Notes under the pieces: model-generated
Databases searched by the model: none
What the model was told of the DNA's origin: nothing
What the model saw: the letters and a program-made list of their open reading frames with translations, nothing else
From: a virus
DNA: 34,734 nt
Strand: one strand, 5' to 3'
IMG/VR virus record: IMGVR_UViG_3300038701_001263
Program-made: the position numbers and the translations under genes
Part shown: positions 16,541 through 25,784 of the stretch, piece after piece
Position numbering within the stretch: the stretch's first letter is position 1
How the letters are laid out: each line of letters starts with the position of its first letter

Positions 16541-18013
16541 ATGTCATTCAGAAACAAGCGCACGGGCGCGTTCCAGCCATTCGGTGGCCTGTTCAGCACC
16601 GAAAAAACCAGCGGCGTAACGCGGGAAGCGCCGGCGTTTGTGCAGAACCAGACGCAAGCCACAATCAACCTCGCGCGGAATGTGCCGTTTCAGCCCATTC
16701 GGCCCACCGTCGCGCCGTTCAGTCAGGACCAAAGAGAATTTTTCAGCACGGCTCGCGACTACGCGCGCAGCGCCATGAACCGCCAAGCGCCGACAATCGA
16801 CGTTTCTCCAATCCGAGACCAGCTCGGCCGCACCGTTGACACGGGCCGCGTGACCGACCTGATCGGCGACCGCGCGGATCTAAGCGGCGTTTTGGGGATG
16901 GTTGGTCGCCGGGTCGACACAAGCGGCCTGCGTGGCATGCTGGGCGAACGCGCCGACACAAGCGCGCTCGGCAACATCATGGGCCAGCGCATTGATACGA
17001 CCGGCTTGGAAGGCGCTGCAGCTCAGGCGGTCAGCACCGACGAACTCGGCGGGCTGATGGGCCAGCAAAACGTCGCGCGTGACATTTACGGCGATTTCAC
17101 CACGCGCGAAGTCACGCCCTACTTGCAGACGCAAATTGGAGACGCGACCGACCGCGCACTGCAAAACGTTAGCAGCCTTTACGCCAACAGCGGGCGTCTT
17201 GGGTCAACGGCTTTCGCTGACGCGGCCGCTCGTGGTGTGACAAACGCTTCGGCCCCAATTCTGCAAGCGCAGGCCAACGCCGACGCAGCTCGACAGCTCC
17301 AAGCCGCCGGCATGCTGGGTCAGGCGTTCGAGGCAGATCGCGCCGCAGACATTGGCATCGCAGATCGCCGCGCAGCGATCCAAGCGACCAACTTTGGCCG
17401 ACAGTTGCAAGGCCAAGGACTGCTTGCGAACCTTGCGCAACAGGGCGTGGCGCGCGATGCGAGCATTGCCGGTCAAATGGCATCCTTTAGCGAGTCCGGT
17501 CTTGCCCGTGACGCGGCGCTGCAAGGTCAGATCGCGAACTACAGCGCGCAAGACTTGGCGCGAGATATGGCGGCTAATCAGTTTGCCGCGCAGATGCAAA
17601 ACGCTGCGATCGGCCGTGACGCCAACCTTGCACAGTCCGCCGCACAGTTTGATGCTGCCGATGCCGCCCGAGACGCCAACTTGGCTGGGCGACTGACAGC
17701 GGCTTCGCAGCAGCAAGCGATGCTCGCCCCGACCATGCAGCAGATGGACATGGCGAACATGGGCCTTCTGGCTCAGATCGGCGCGCAGCAGCAAGCACAG
17801 CAGCAGGCGCAAAACAACGCGCTCCTGCAATACCAGCAAATGCTCAACCAGGGGCAACAACAGCGCTACAACAACATGGTCATGGCCAGCCAGCTTGGCG
17901 AGCCGTACATCGGCCAATCCAGCTATGGCGATCAAGGCATGTTCAACACGGCGCTGGGCGCGGGCGCGACGCTGCTTGGCGGCGCTAAAGCGTTTAATCT
18001 GTTCGGGCTGTAA
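16541..18013 (+). CDS. Internal virion / ejection protein 1 (putative), repeat-rich
   Basis: 490 aa. 13-aa (L/M)xGxRxDTSxL repeats, then roughly 18-aa ARDxxxxxQ repeats, and a Gln-rich C-terminus. Lies between the nozzle-like gene and the fibres. Confidence 0.45.
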   Translation: MSFRNKRTGAFQPFGGLFSTEKTSGVTREAPAFVQNQTQATINLARNVPFQPIRPTVAPFSQDQREFFSTARDYARSAMNRQAPTIDVSPIRDQLGRTVDTGRVTDLIGDRADLSGVLGMVGRRVDTSGLRGMLGERADTSALGNIMGQRIDTTGLEGAAAQAVSTDELGGLMGQQNVARDIYGDFTTREVTPYLQTQIGDATDRALQNVSSLYANSGRLGSTAFADAAARGVTNASAPILQAQANADAARQLQAAGMLGQAFEADRAADIGIADRRAAIQATNFGRQLQGQGLLANLAQQGVARDASIAGQMASFSESGLARDAALQGQIANYSAQDLARDMAANQFAAQMQNAAIGRDANLAQSAAQFDAADAARDANLAGRLTAASQQQAMLAPTMQQMDMANMGLLAQIGAQQQAQQQAQNNALLQYQQMLNQGQQQRYNNMVMASQLGEPYIGQSSYGDQGMFNTALGAGATLLGGAKAFNLFGL

Positions 18014-18015
18014 CG

Positions 18016-20013
18016 ATGGATATTTTCACCGCGCCAACGCTGAACATGCTCGCCGCTCCGGCACCGATCAACACGACGCCGCTGATGCCGCCAGAGATCG
18101 TTGAGTACCTCAACAGCGGCGACGGCTACACGCGCGCCCGCATGAGCGATGGCAGTGTTCAAACGCTGCGAGGCACGCGAGCCGACCGCAACAACAACCC
18201 CGGCAACCTGACCGGCACGCTTGCAGGCGCACAGCGACGCGGCGCAATCGCTGTCGATCACGGCGGCAACTACGTTTTTCCGACCGTCGAAGCAGGCCGC
18301 AAGGCAATGGCCGAAATGGTCCTAAGCGAAAACGCAAACAAGAGCATCGGCGACATGATCGAATTCTATGCGCCAAAGCCCAAGCGCGACCCAGAAACGG
18401 GGGAGCTAATACCCGTGGAAAACGACCCAAACAACACCAACCGCTTTTACCCTGACCTGATCGCGGGCGCTGGGTTCAACCTAAACGACCGCGTTGGCTC
18501 GCTCGCCCCAGCGCAGCAGCAGGCGCTTCTTGGCGCAATGATGGGTGTTGAAGGCTACAGCGGCGCTCCGGCGGTTCAGGCTGTATCAATGCCCTTGCAG
18601 CAGCGCGCACAAAACTCCGGCATCCTGCCGATGATCGGCGGAGGTGCGATGGCCGCAGCGCGCGGCTTTGACGATTTTGTTTTAGGCGGCGCGACTGGCT
18701 CGATGATCAATTCAGGCCGCAATTTTCTCGACAGCGCTGGCAACATGGTCGCGGTTGCACGCGGCAACATGACCGAAGACGACTTCAACCGACGCGGGCG
18801 TGACATGCTGCAGCGCGACACTTCAACCGACATCCTTTTCCCTGGCGCAGTTGGCAGGGCCGTCCCTGCGATTGCAGCGGCCGGTAAAGCCGTGCCGAAA
18901 ATGCTGCCCAAAACCGGAGCGCTGTTCGCTCCGCTGGCAACTGCGATCCCGACTGGCGGCAATGACGTCAGCGCTGATATGGTCGCGCCGAAACCTACGC
19001 CAGCAAAAGCGTCTCAGAACTACGATGACGCCCCAATGCGCGAGGCGCGCAAAATTGGTTTGCTCGGCGATCCCGACGTCGCCGCAGCCGTAGCGCAAAC
19101 GGCGTCGGCAGCAGTCGACAAAGTCGCGAGCAGCCCCAAAGAGCCAAAGCCGCTGACCAAAAGCGAGCGCAAGAAATTCAGCCCCGAGAGCCTTGGTCTG
19201 ATCGCCTTCGGCCTGTCGCTGCTGGGTGGTTCTGACATTGATGACGCAATGCGGCTGGGCCTGCAGACCTACAACGGCTTCCAAGACCGCGAGGACAAGA
19301 AAGACCGCGAAAAGCGCATCGACGAGTTCATCAGCAAGCAAGACCCCGAAACGCAGGAGCTGATGCGGTTGCTGGGCGACGACATGGGCGCGATTGCAAA
19401 CGTCGCGTTGGCGCAAAAAGAGCAGGACGCGGCTGTAGGTCAAAAAGCTGCACTGATCGAGCGCGCCGCTGCTGTGACCGGACAAGACCCCGAAACGCTT
19501 GCCGCGCTTGACGCCGACCAGCTCAAAGACGCCATTAACGACACTGTCTTCGCCGACGCCGCTGGGCCAGACGGCAAAAAGTTTACCGCCAAGCAGCAAC
19601 AAGCGGCAATGACGGCCCTGCAGATGAAGCAAGCGGGGCAACAAATTATTGATTTGTACACAGGCGACGATGCGATCACGCCTGGCATGGGCTTCCGCAA
19701 GCCGGCCAAGTCTGCCGAAGCCGCCGCTGCTGTGGACGCGTTTGTTGCGGCTTACCTGCCGTTCGTATCTGGCGCGGACGTTAAGGACTCTGAAATTAGG
19801 CGGATCAAAAACCTGATCAAGCCAAAAGGCGGTATCGGCCAAGAGCAAGCCAACATGGAACGCTTGCAGCGCATCATCACCTTGACCGACGCGGTCATCG
19901 CTCAATCTGGCGGTGCTTACGACTTCCTTGTTCAAAACCCGGCAAACTCAGGAATTAGCATCCCGTCACCTTATTCAAACCCTTATGGCGTCATCGCGCC
20001 GGGAGGGCAGTAA
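18016..20013 (+). CDS. Internal virion / ejection protein 2 (putative)
   Basis: 665 aa. N-terminal globular part with RADRNNNPGNL..FPTVEAGRKAM, a motif I recall from virion-associated proteins (unverified). Hydrophobic stretch SLGLIAFGLSLLGG. Confidence 0.45.
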   Translation: MDIFTAPTLNMLAAPAPINTTPLMPPEIVEYLNSGDGYTRARMSDGSVQTLRGTRADRNNNPGNLTGTLAGAQRRGAIAVDHGGNYVFPTVEAGRKAMAEMVLSENANKSIGDMIEFYAPKPKRDPETGELIPVENDPNNTNRFYPDLIAGAGFNLNDRVGSLAPAQQQALLGAMMGVEGYSGAPAVQAVSMPLQQRAQNSGILPMIGGGAMAAARGFDDFVLGGATGSMINSGRNFLDSAGNMVAVARGNMTEDDFNRRGRDMLQRDTSTDILFPGAVGRAVPAIAAAGKAVPKMLPKTGALFAPLATAIPTGGNDVSADMVAPKPTPAKASQNYDDAPMREARKIGLLGDPDVAAAVAQTASAAVDKVASSPKEPKPLTKSERKKFSPESLGLIAFGLSLLGGSDIDDAMRLGLQTYNGFQDREDKKDREKRIDEFISKQDPETQELMRLLGDDMGAIANVALAQKEQDAAVGQKAALIERAAAVTGQDPETLAALDADQLKDAINDTVFADAAGPDGKKFTAKQQQAAMTALQMKQAGQQIIDLYTGDDAITPGMGFRKPAKSAEAAAAVDAFVAAYLPFVSGADVKDSEIRRIKNLIKPKGGIGQEQANMERLQRIITLTDAVIAQSGGAYDFLVQNPANSGISIPSPYSNPYGVIAPGGQ

Positions 20014-21732
20014 ATGGCTAATTACCGAGTCATCGTCAACGGCGACGTCTATCAAGTCCCAAAGGCCAACGTCGGCAGTCAAGCAGAAGCCGAAGCCGCC
20101 GTCCGCGATTACATCAAAAACGTCGGCGGCGTGCAGCAGACAGGGCAGCGCAAATCGTCAACAAAAGTGCGCGACATTCTGGCCGGACTGACGCAAGGCG
20201 CTTCGCTCGGCGCGTCTGACGAAATCTTAGGCCGCGCGGAAAGTTTCATTCGCAACGTGCCGGCCGCAAACACGATCGAGCGTCGCCGCGACGATATACG
20301 CCAAGCAGCACAAAACAGCCCGCTCGCCTTCTTGGGCGCAGAAGTCGCCGGCTCCGTTATCCCGACGGCTTTGGCATTGCGCGCGACCAAGGGCAAGCAA
20401 GCCCCGGCGGCATCTAAGATCGGCGAGCTTGGGCAAAAGATCATGGCGAACCCTTACGGCCGCGCGGCAGCAGTCGGCGGCGCAGAGGGCGCAGTCGCCG
20501 GCTTCAACACCGGCGAAGGCGACGCAATGCAGCGCCTGCCTGGTGCAGCAGTCGGCGGCGCGCTTGGCGCTGGCCTTGGTAGCCTTGCCGAGTTTGCGCA
20601 GCCTCGCATTTCTGAAAAGGCGATCGAGCTTGCGAAGAAATATGCAATTCCACTTTCGCCCGCGTCTTTGGGTGACAGCGGCAAGGCGCTCGAAATGGCT
20701 GCGCGACAGGTGCCGTTTGTCGGTGGGCAATTCCGCAAGCGCCGCGAAGAAACGCTCGACGCGTTCAACACGGCGGTTGTGAACGAGGTCTTAAAAGGCA
20801 CAGGCCGCGCGGCGACGAAAATCTCGGCTGGCCGTGACGCCTACACCGAAGCCGCCGAACAGGTGGGCAAGGCTTACGACGAAATCTTAGGCTCGGTTGA
20901 CAGCATCCAGCTTGGCGGCAGCTTGGTTGATCTTGCAGCCGAAGGTCTTGAAGGTCTGCCGAAAAAAGCTGTGAAGGCGATCAATAAACGCTTGAAGGCA
21001 ATTGACGACCGGGCAAACAGCGCGGAGCCGATCAGCGGCAAAAAGTTTAAGGAAGTTGACTCGCTGTTGCGCGAGCTGATCGCGACTTATCAAAAAGGCG
21101 CATCAAACCCCGACCCGCTGACTAAGCTCGAAAGCGTTGATATTCGCGACGCCTTGATCGCTTTCCGCCAAGACATGCTGGACGCGGCTGGCGCTGCGGT
21201 TGGCGGCGACTTTGCGGCTCGTCTGCGTGGCGCGGATTTCGCTTACAAAAAGCTGCAGGTTTTGCGCAAGATTTCCGAGGGCCGAGGCACCGCAGAACGG
21301 TTTACGCCAAAGCAACTGCAGGCAGCGGTCAGCCAGCTTATGAAGAAAGAGGGCGATCAGGTCGCAAGAGGCACCGCGCCACTGCAGCAGCTCGCCGATC
21401 AGGCCGCAGACGAGCTTTCGGACCTGGAATACAGCACGGCCCGCGACACCGCAGCGATGCGCATATTGACCGAGGGAGGGCCAGCGGCTGCAGGACTGGC
21501 GGCTGTGGGTGCCGACTACGGCATTGATCAAGACCTTGAAACGCAGACCATGCTCGGCGGCTTGGGGGCAGCGGGTGGTCTGGGGCTGCTTGCTGGCCTG
21601 TCCCGTCCTGGCGTTTACCGCAACATTCCGCAAATGGCACAAGCCGCCGGTACTGGCTTGAACCGTGGCCTTCAATACAGCGCGCCTATGGCCGGCATGG
21701 CGGCTGGGTCACTGCTAAACGAGGACCAATAG
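20014..21732 (+). CDS. Internal virion / ejection protein 3 (putative)
   Basis: 572 aa, Gly/Ala-rich with hydrophobic stretches (GAEVAGSVIPTALAL; GGLGAAGGLGLLAGL). Confidence 0.45.
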   Translation: MANYRVIVNGDVYQVPKANVGSQAEAEAAVRDYIKNVGGVQQTGQRKSSTKVRDILAGLTQGASLGASDEILGRAESFIRNVPAANTIERRRDDIRQAAQNSPLAFLGAEVAGSVIPTALALRATKGKQAPAASKIGELGQKIMANPYGRAAAVGGAEGAVAGFNTGEGDAMQRLPGAAVGGALGAGLGSLAEFAQPRISEKAIELAKKYAIPLSPASLGDSGKALEMAARQVPFVGGQFRKRREETLDAFNTAVVNEVLKGTGRAATKISAGRDAYTEAAEQVGKAYDEILGSVDSIQLGGSLVDLAAEGLEGLPKKAVKAINKRLKAIDDRANSAEPISGKKFKEVDSLLRELIATYQKGASNPDPLTKLESVDIRDALIAFRQDMLDAAGAAVGGDFAARLRGADFAYKKLQVLRKISEGRGTAERFTPKQLQAAVSQLMKKEGDQVARGTAPLQQLADQAADELSDLEYSTARDTAAMRILTEGGPAAAGLAAVGADYGIDQDLETQTMLGGLGAAGGLGLLAGLSRPGVYRNIPQMAQAAGTGLNRGLQYSAPMAGMAAGSLLNEDQ

Positions 21733-22293
21733 ATGCCAAGAAACACGATCCCTGACCTGTCCACGACCGACAGCGAAAACACCGACATCAAGGGCGTCAG
21801 CGTCGCCGAGGGCATGGCCCCAAGCGGCGTCAACAACGCGATCCGAGCTATGGCCGCAATGCTGGCCGATGCGTTTTCAAGCGCTGCGCCCGGCACAAAG
21901 TTGACGGCTGTCAAAACCGCCGATCTGCAAATCAGCGACAACACCGACAAGATCACGCTCGGCACAACTGACCCGACACTGGTCCAGCACAGCAACGCGA
22001 CCAGCACGACGACTGTCGACGCCGAGGGCAACTTGATCCTTGAGGTGGGTACGCAAGCCACGCCGACGACGTTCAAGATCGACGGTTTTGACGCCACAAA
22101 CGGCAAAGTCACAGTCATCCAGGTCGGCGCAGACAACGCGATCACGCTTGGCAACACAAACGCCGCCGCGACCACGGCCGTGACAGTCAACGGCACGCTT
22201 GCCGCAACCAACCTGACAGGCGACGGGACCGGGCTTACTGGCGTGACCACCGTCGGCAAATCCATCGCCATGTCCATCGTTTTTGGAGCCTAG
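21733..22293 (+). CDS. Short tail fibre / fibre-anchor protein (cassette A, gene 1)
   Basis: N-terminal GVSVAEGMAPSGVNNAIRAMAAM block recalled from proteobacterial podophage fibre proteins. Thr/Ala/Gly-rich body. GDGTGLTGV followed by the hydrophobic tail SIAMSIVFGA. Confidence 0.5.
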   Translation: MPRNTIPDLSTTDSENTDIKGVSVAEGMAPSGVNNAIRAMAAMLADAFSSAAPGTKLTAVKTADLQISDNTDKITLGTTDPTLVQHSNATSTTTVDAEGNLILEVGTQATPTTFKIDGFDATNGKVTVIQVGADNAITLGNTNAAATTAVTVNGTLAATNLTGDGTGLTGVTTVGKSIAMSIVFGA

Positions 22294-22296
22294 AAA

Positions 22297-22659
22297 ATGA
22301 CAGCACCTAACATCGTCAGCGTTCAGACAATCACCGGCAAGACCGCAGTGGCAAACGCGATCGGTAACAGCACGGCGGTTGAAATCCTTGCCAACGGCGC
22401 AGGCAGTCACGACGTCTACAAGGTCAACGCAATCATAGTCAGCAACGTCTACGGCGCAGACACAACCGTCACCGTAGACTTCCGCCGCAGCGGCACAGAC
22501 TACAGCGTCGTCACTGCGATCGACGTGCCAAACAAGTCCACGCTCGACGTCATCAATAAGCCTGTCTACCTCGAGGAAGGTGACAGCCTGCGGATTACTG
22601 CCGGCCATGCGTCAGCGCTTGATGCAATTTGCAGTTACGAGCTGCTGACGGATCAGTAA
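22297..22659 (+). CDS. Small conserved partner protein, paralogue of 25411-25782 (cassette A, gene 2)
   Basis: Shares the blocks xPNI, YKVN-I--SNV, VP-KSTL-V and P-YL-E with the 123-aa ORF. Starts 3 nt after the fibre gene. Confidence 0.7.
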   Translation: MTAPNIVSVQTITGKTAVANAIGNSTAVEILANGAGSHDVYKVNAIIVSNVYGADTTVTVDFRRSGTDYSVVTAIDVPNKSTLDVINKPVYLEEGDSLRITAGHASALDAICSYELLTDQ

Positions 22660-22660
22660 C

Positions 22661-23479
22661 ATGACGGCAGGCTGGCACTACGGCGGACTGATCGGTGCAA
22701 ACCCGATCCCCTTTACGGGCTGGACTTGGGCTGATTGGACCCAAGAAGGCACGGGCTTTACGCTGTCCAGCGATAATTTGACCGCGACTAAAACTGTAAG
22801 CGGCGGGACAAACGGGTTTTACTTTCGGCCTTCCGACATTGGCGGAAAGAGATATTTTGAAGTCCGAATGACACAAGCGCCGGGCTACGGTTCAGGGTTC
22901 TTGGGGACTTGGTTCTCAGCACCGCCAAACACGCCAAACAACCCCGGGACGTTTACAAGCACTTATGGGCTTAATGGTGCAAGTGACGGCACGCTAGAAA
23001 CGCGACTTAATGTGTCGGGGCAATCTAGCGTCGGGTCAAATTTTGCGTTTGCGGACCCGACAGATATTGTTCTGTGCTTCGCCGTAGATTTCGGCACTGG
23101 CGACGTTTGGATGGGCGGGGCTGACCCCGGCGGAACTCGATACTGGGTTACACCTGCGCAGACCACGACGACCACAACTTTTAATCCGTCGTCACCTACC
23201 GTTACGATCCCGCTGTCAGATTTAGCTTCTGTGATGGTGCGGCATGCTCAAAGCGGAACCACTATAAGCCTTCGCTCGACAGCAGTCGAACACAGCGCGC
23301 CAAGCGGCTTTGAATTGCTCGGCGTTGACGGCGTCGGCACTGAGCTTTTGCGCACAAGCGGCGTTTTGCGGCCAACCGCTCTGTGGGGCAGGCAGATCGG
23401 CCTAAGCCCGCACAACGGCACGGCGCTCCGCAGCACCGGCATTATCTCAACCCCTGAAGCCTACCAGCTTAAACTCTAA
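22661..23479 (+). CDS. SPRY-like (concanavalin-type beta-sandwich) domain protein (cassette A, gene 3)
   Basis: LSSDNLTATK, GGKRYFEVRM, CFAVDFGTGDVWMGG and PSGFELLG are SPRY hallmarks. Lower GC than neighbouring genes. Confidence 0.6.
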   Translation: MTAGWHYGGLIGANPIPFTGWTWADWTQEGTGFTLSSDNLTATKTVSGGTNGFYFRPSDIGGKRYFEVRMTQAPGYGSGFLGTWFSAPPNTPNNPGTFTSTYGLNGASDGTLETRLNVSGQSSVGSNFAFADPTDIVLCFAVDFGTGDVWMGGADPGGTRYWVTPAQTTTTTTFNPSSPTVTIPLSDLASVMVRHAQSGTTISLRSTAVEHSAPSGFELLGVDGVGTELLRTSGVLRPTALWGRQIGLSPHNGTALRSTGIISTPEAYQLKL

Positions 23480-23490
23480 GGAAGCGAAAA

Positions 23491-25398
23491 ATGGCTAACA
23501 TTTATGACATGACGGATGTCTGGAACGACGGGGCGACGACGTTCACGTCGATCAAGATGAACGCGACCGACACGGCATCGGCGGCAGACTCCAAACTCCT
23601 CGATCTCCAAGTCGGCAGCAGCTCAAAGGTCAGCGTCGACAAGGCGGGCAAGATCACAGCCACCGATCTGCAAGTCGACAACGTCAACGTCAACAGCAAC
23701 ACAATCAGCAGCACTACCGGCAACCTCGTGTTGGATCCGTACAGCGGCGCGAAAATCAGCCTTGACGGCCTGCTGTGGCCAAACGCTGACGGCACCGCAA
23801 ACCAAATGCTGCAAACCGACGGCGCGGGCAACTTGTCCTGGGGAACGCCTGCGGCCGGGTACAGCGACAGCGACGTTGATACGCACCTGAACACCGGCAG
23901 CGCGACCAGCGGCCAGACGTTGCAGTGGAACGGTTCGGACTACGCCTGGGGTACACCCGCCAGCAGCTACGGCGACAGCGACGTAAACGCAAACCTCAAC
24001 ACCAGCGGCGCGACCACGAACCAAGTGCTGTCATGGAACGGCAGCGACTACGCGTGGGTGGCGCAAACCGGCGGCGATCTCGTCACCGACACCACCCCGC
24101 AGCTTGGCGGCGCGCTGGACGTCAACGGCAACGCAATCACCAGCACCAGTGCTGGCAATATCGCGATTACGCCCGACACCACCGGCAGCGTCGTGCTGGA
24201 TGGTCAGTCATGGCCGCAGGCAGACGGCACGGCGAACCAAGTGCTGCAAACCAACGGCAGCGGCCAACTGTCATGGGTCACGTACAGCGGCGCAACCGGC
24301 TACGGCGACAACGACGTCGATTTGCACCTGAACCGCAGCAGCGCGACCAGCGGGCAGGTGCTTGGCTGGAACGGCACCGATTACGCGTGGGTCGCTAACA
24401 GCGGCGGCAGCAGCTACACCGACAGCGACGTCGACACACACCTCAATCAAAGCAACCCGACCAGCGGCTACGTTTTGAGCTGGAACGGCACCGATTACGC
24501 TTGGGTCGCGCAGACCGCCGCCTACACGGACAGCAGCGTCAATGCGCACCTGAACCAGTCCAGTGCCACCAGCGGGCAGGTGCTTGGCTGGAACGGGACC
24601 GATTACGCTTGGGTCGCGCAGACGACTGCCTACACGGACAGCAACGTCGACACTCACCTGAACCGTGGCAGCGCCAGCAGCGGCCAAATTCTCAGCTACA
24701 ACGGCACCGATTACGCTTGGATCGCCGACGCAGGCATTGCGGACGTTGTGGACGACACGACCCCGCAGCTTGGCGGCAACCTCGACCTGAATACAAACGA
24801 CATCACCGGCACCGGCAACATCAACATCACCGGCAACGCGACGCTGACCGGCTACCTCGCTGGGCCGGCTACGTTCACGATTGACCCGTCGGCCGTTGGC
24901 GACAACACCGGCACAGTTGTCATTGCGGGCGATCTGCAAGTTGACGGCACGACCACCACGATCAACAGCGCCACGCTGACCGTGGACGACAAAAACATCG
25001 TGGTCGCATCTGGCGCTGTAAACGCAGCAGCCGCAGACGGCGCAGGCCTCACTGTAGACGGTGCCAGCGCGACATTCACCTACGCCGCAACAGGCGACAA
25101 GTGGACCGCAAACAAGCCGCTGGATCTCGGCGCAAACGACCTGCTGGCCGACCATATCAAGGCAACTGGCGACGGCACGAACAACGGCAAGATGGACCTG
25201 CAGTGCAGCGCCGGAACGCACGCCGTCACGCTGGAAGGCCCGGATCACAGCGGCGCAAGCAGCTACACGCTGAAGCTCCCGCAAACCGCCCCGACTGCTG
25301 GGCAGCTACTCGCGCAAAACAGCGCAAACAACCAACTTGAATTTGTTGATAACCCCGCCGCCGGTATTGCCGCCGCGATGGCGTTGGTCCTTGGTTAA
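23491..25398 (+). CDS. Long tail fibre with 36-aa tandem repeats (cassette B, gene 1)
   Basis: 635 aa. Six xYxDSDVDTHLNxxSATSGQVLxWNGTDYAW repeats. C-terminal GDLQVDGTTTTINSATLTVDDKNIVV block recalled from marine podophage fibres. Hydrophobic tail GIAAAMALVLG. Confidence 0.75.
   Translation: MANIYDMTDVWNDGATTFTSIKMNATDTASAADSKLLDLQVGSSSKVSVDKAGKITATDLQVDNVNVNSNTISSTTGNLVLDPYSGAKISLDGLLWPNADGTANQMLQTDGAGNLSWGTPAAGYSDSDVDTHLNTGSATSGQTLQWNGSDYAWGTPASSYGDSDVNANLNTSGATTNQVLSWNGSDYAWVAQTGGDLVTDTTPQLGGALDVNGNAITSTSAGNIAITPDTTGSVVLDGQSWPQADGTANQVLQTNGSGQLSWVTYSGATGYGDNDVDLHLNRSSATSGQVLGWNGTDYAWVANSGGSSYTDSDVDTHLNQSNPTSGYVLSWNGTDYAWVAQTAAYTDSSVNAHLNQSSATSGQVLGWNGTDYAWVAQTTAYTDSNVDTHLNRGSASSGQILSYNGTDYAWIADAGIADVVDDTTPQLGGNLDLNTNDITGTGNINITGNATLTGYLAGPATFTIDPSAVGDNTGTVVIAGDLQVDGTTTTINSATLTVDDKNIVVASGAVNAAAADGAGLTVDGASATFTYAATGDKWTANKPLDLGANDLLADHIKATGDGTNNGKMDLQCSAGTHAVTLEGPDHSGASSYTLKLPQTAPTAGQLLAQNSANNQLEFVDNPAAGIAAAMALVLG
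23857..24735 (+). repeat. In-frame 108-bp (36-aa) repeats inside the fibre gene: two copies at 23857-24072, four copies at 24298-24735
   Basis: GCTGGAACGG(C/G)ACCGATTACGCTTGGGTCGCGCAGAC recurs at 24479 and 24587, with a more divergent copy at 24695 (exact 108-nt period). Confidence 0.9.
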
Positions 25399-25410
25399 GG
25401 AGACTCAGAC

Positions 25411-25782
25411 ATGGCAACACCAAACATTCGCGGCGCGACCGGCACGATCAACGGAAACAACGGCAGTCTCGCTGTCACCAGCTTGGCGCAAAGCCTTGTA
25501 AGCAACGGCGCGACAACCAACGCGCTGTATAAGGTCAATCAAATTTACATCTCGAACGTAGACACCGCTGCGGCTGACGAGGTGACAATCACGCTGCGAT
25601 CTTCGGTGTCTACGACTCCGACCACGGCGACCATCGCCAAAAACATCTCAGTGCCAGCCAAGTCGACGCTTGAGGTCTTGTCCACGCCGTTTTACCTGCG
25701 CGAAGATCAAGACATTCAGGTGGCCGGTGTGGCTGCTTCGGGTGATCTTGAGGCGGTCGCAACCTGGGAAGAGATTAGCTAA
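25411..25782 (+). CDS. Small conserved partner protein, paralogue of 22297-22659 (cassette B, gene 2)
   Basis: Same motif blocks as the 120-aa ORF. Lies 12 nt after the fibre gene and 2 nt before the lectin-fold gene. Confidence 0.7.
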   Translation: MATPNIRGATGTINGNNGSLAVTSLAQSLVSNGATTNALYKVNQIYISNVDTAAADEVTITLRSSVSTTPTTATIAKNISVPAKSTLEVLSTPFYLREDQDIQVAGVAASGDLEAVATWEEIS

Positions 25783-25784
25783 GC

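Noticed and set aside
23857-24735. Regularly spaced DNA repeats that could be mistaken for a CRISPR array.
   Set aside because: The period is 108 bp with no unique spacers. The repeats are in frame within a 635-aa fibre ORF and translate to a conserved 36-aa motif. No cas genes are present.
24271-25284. 337-aa minus-strand ORF antisense to the long fibre gene. Similar long antisense ORFs occur at 18823-19935, 9363-10094, 4278-5033 and 21877-22608.
   Set aside because: These are typical shadow ORFs of GC-rich DNA. They are Arg/Ala/Gly/Val-rich with no RBS or motifs, and each lies fully inside a plus-strand gene that has clear domain signatures and operon coupling.
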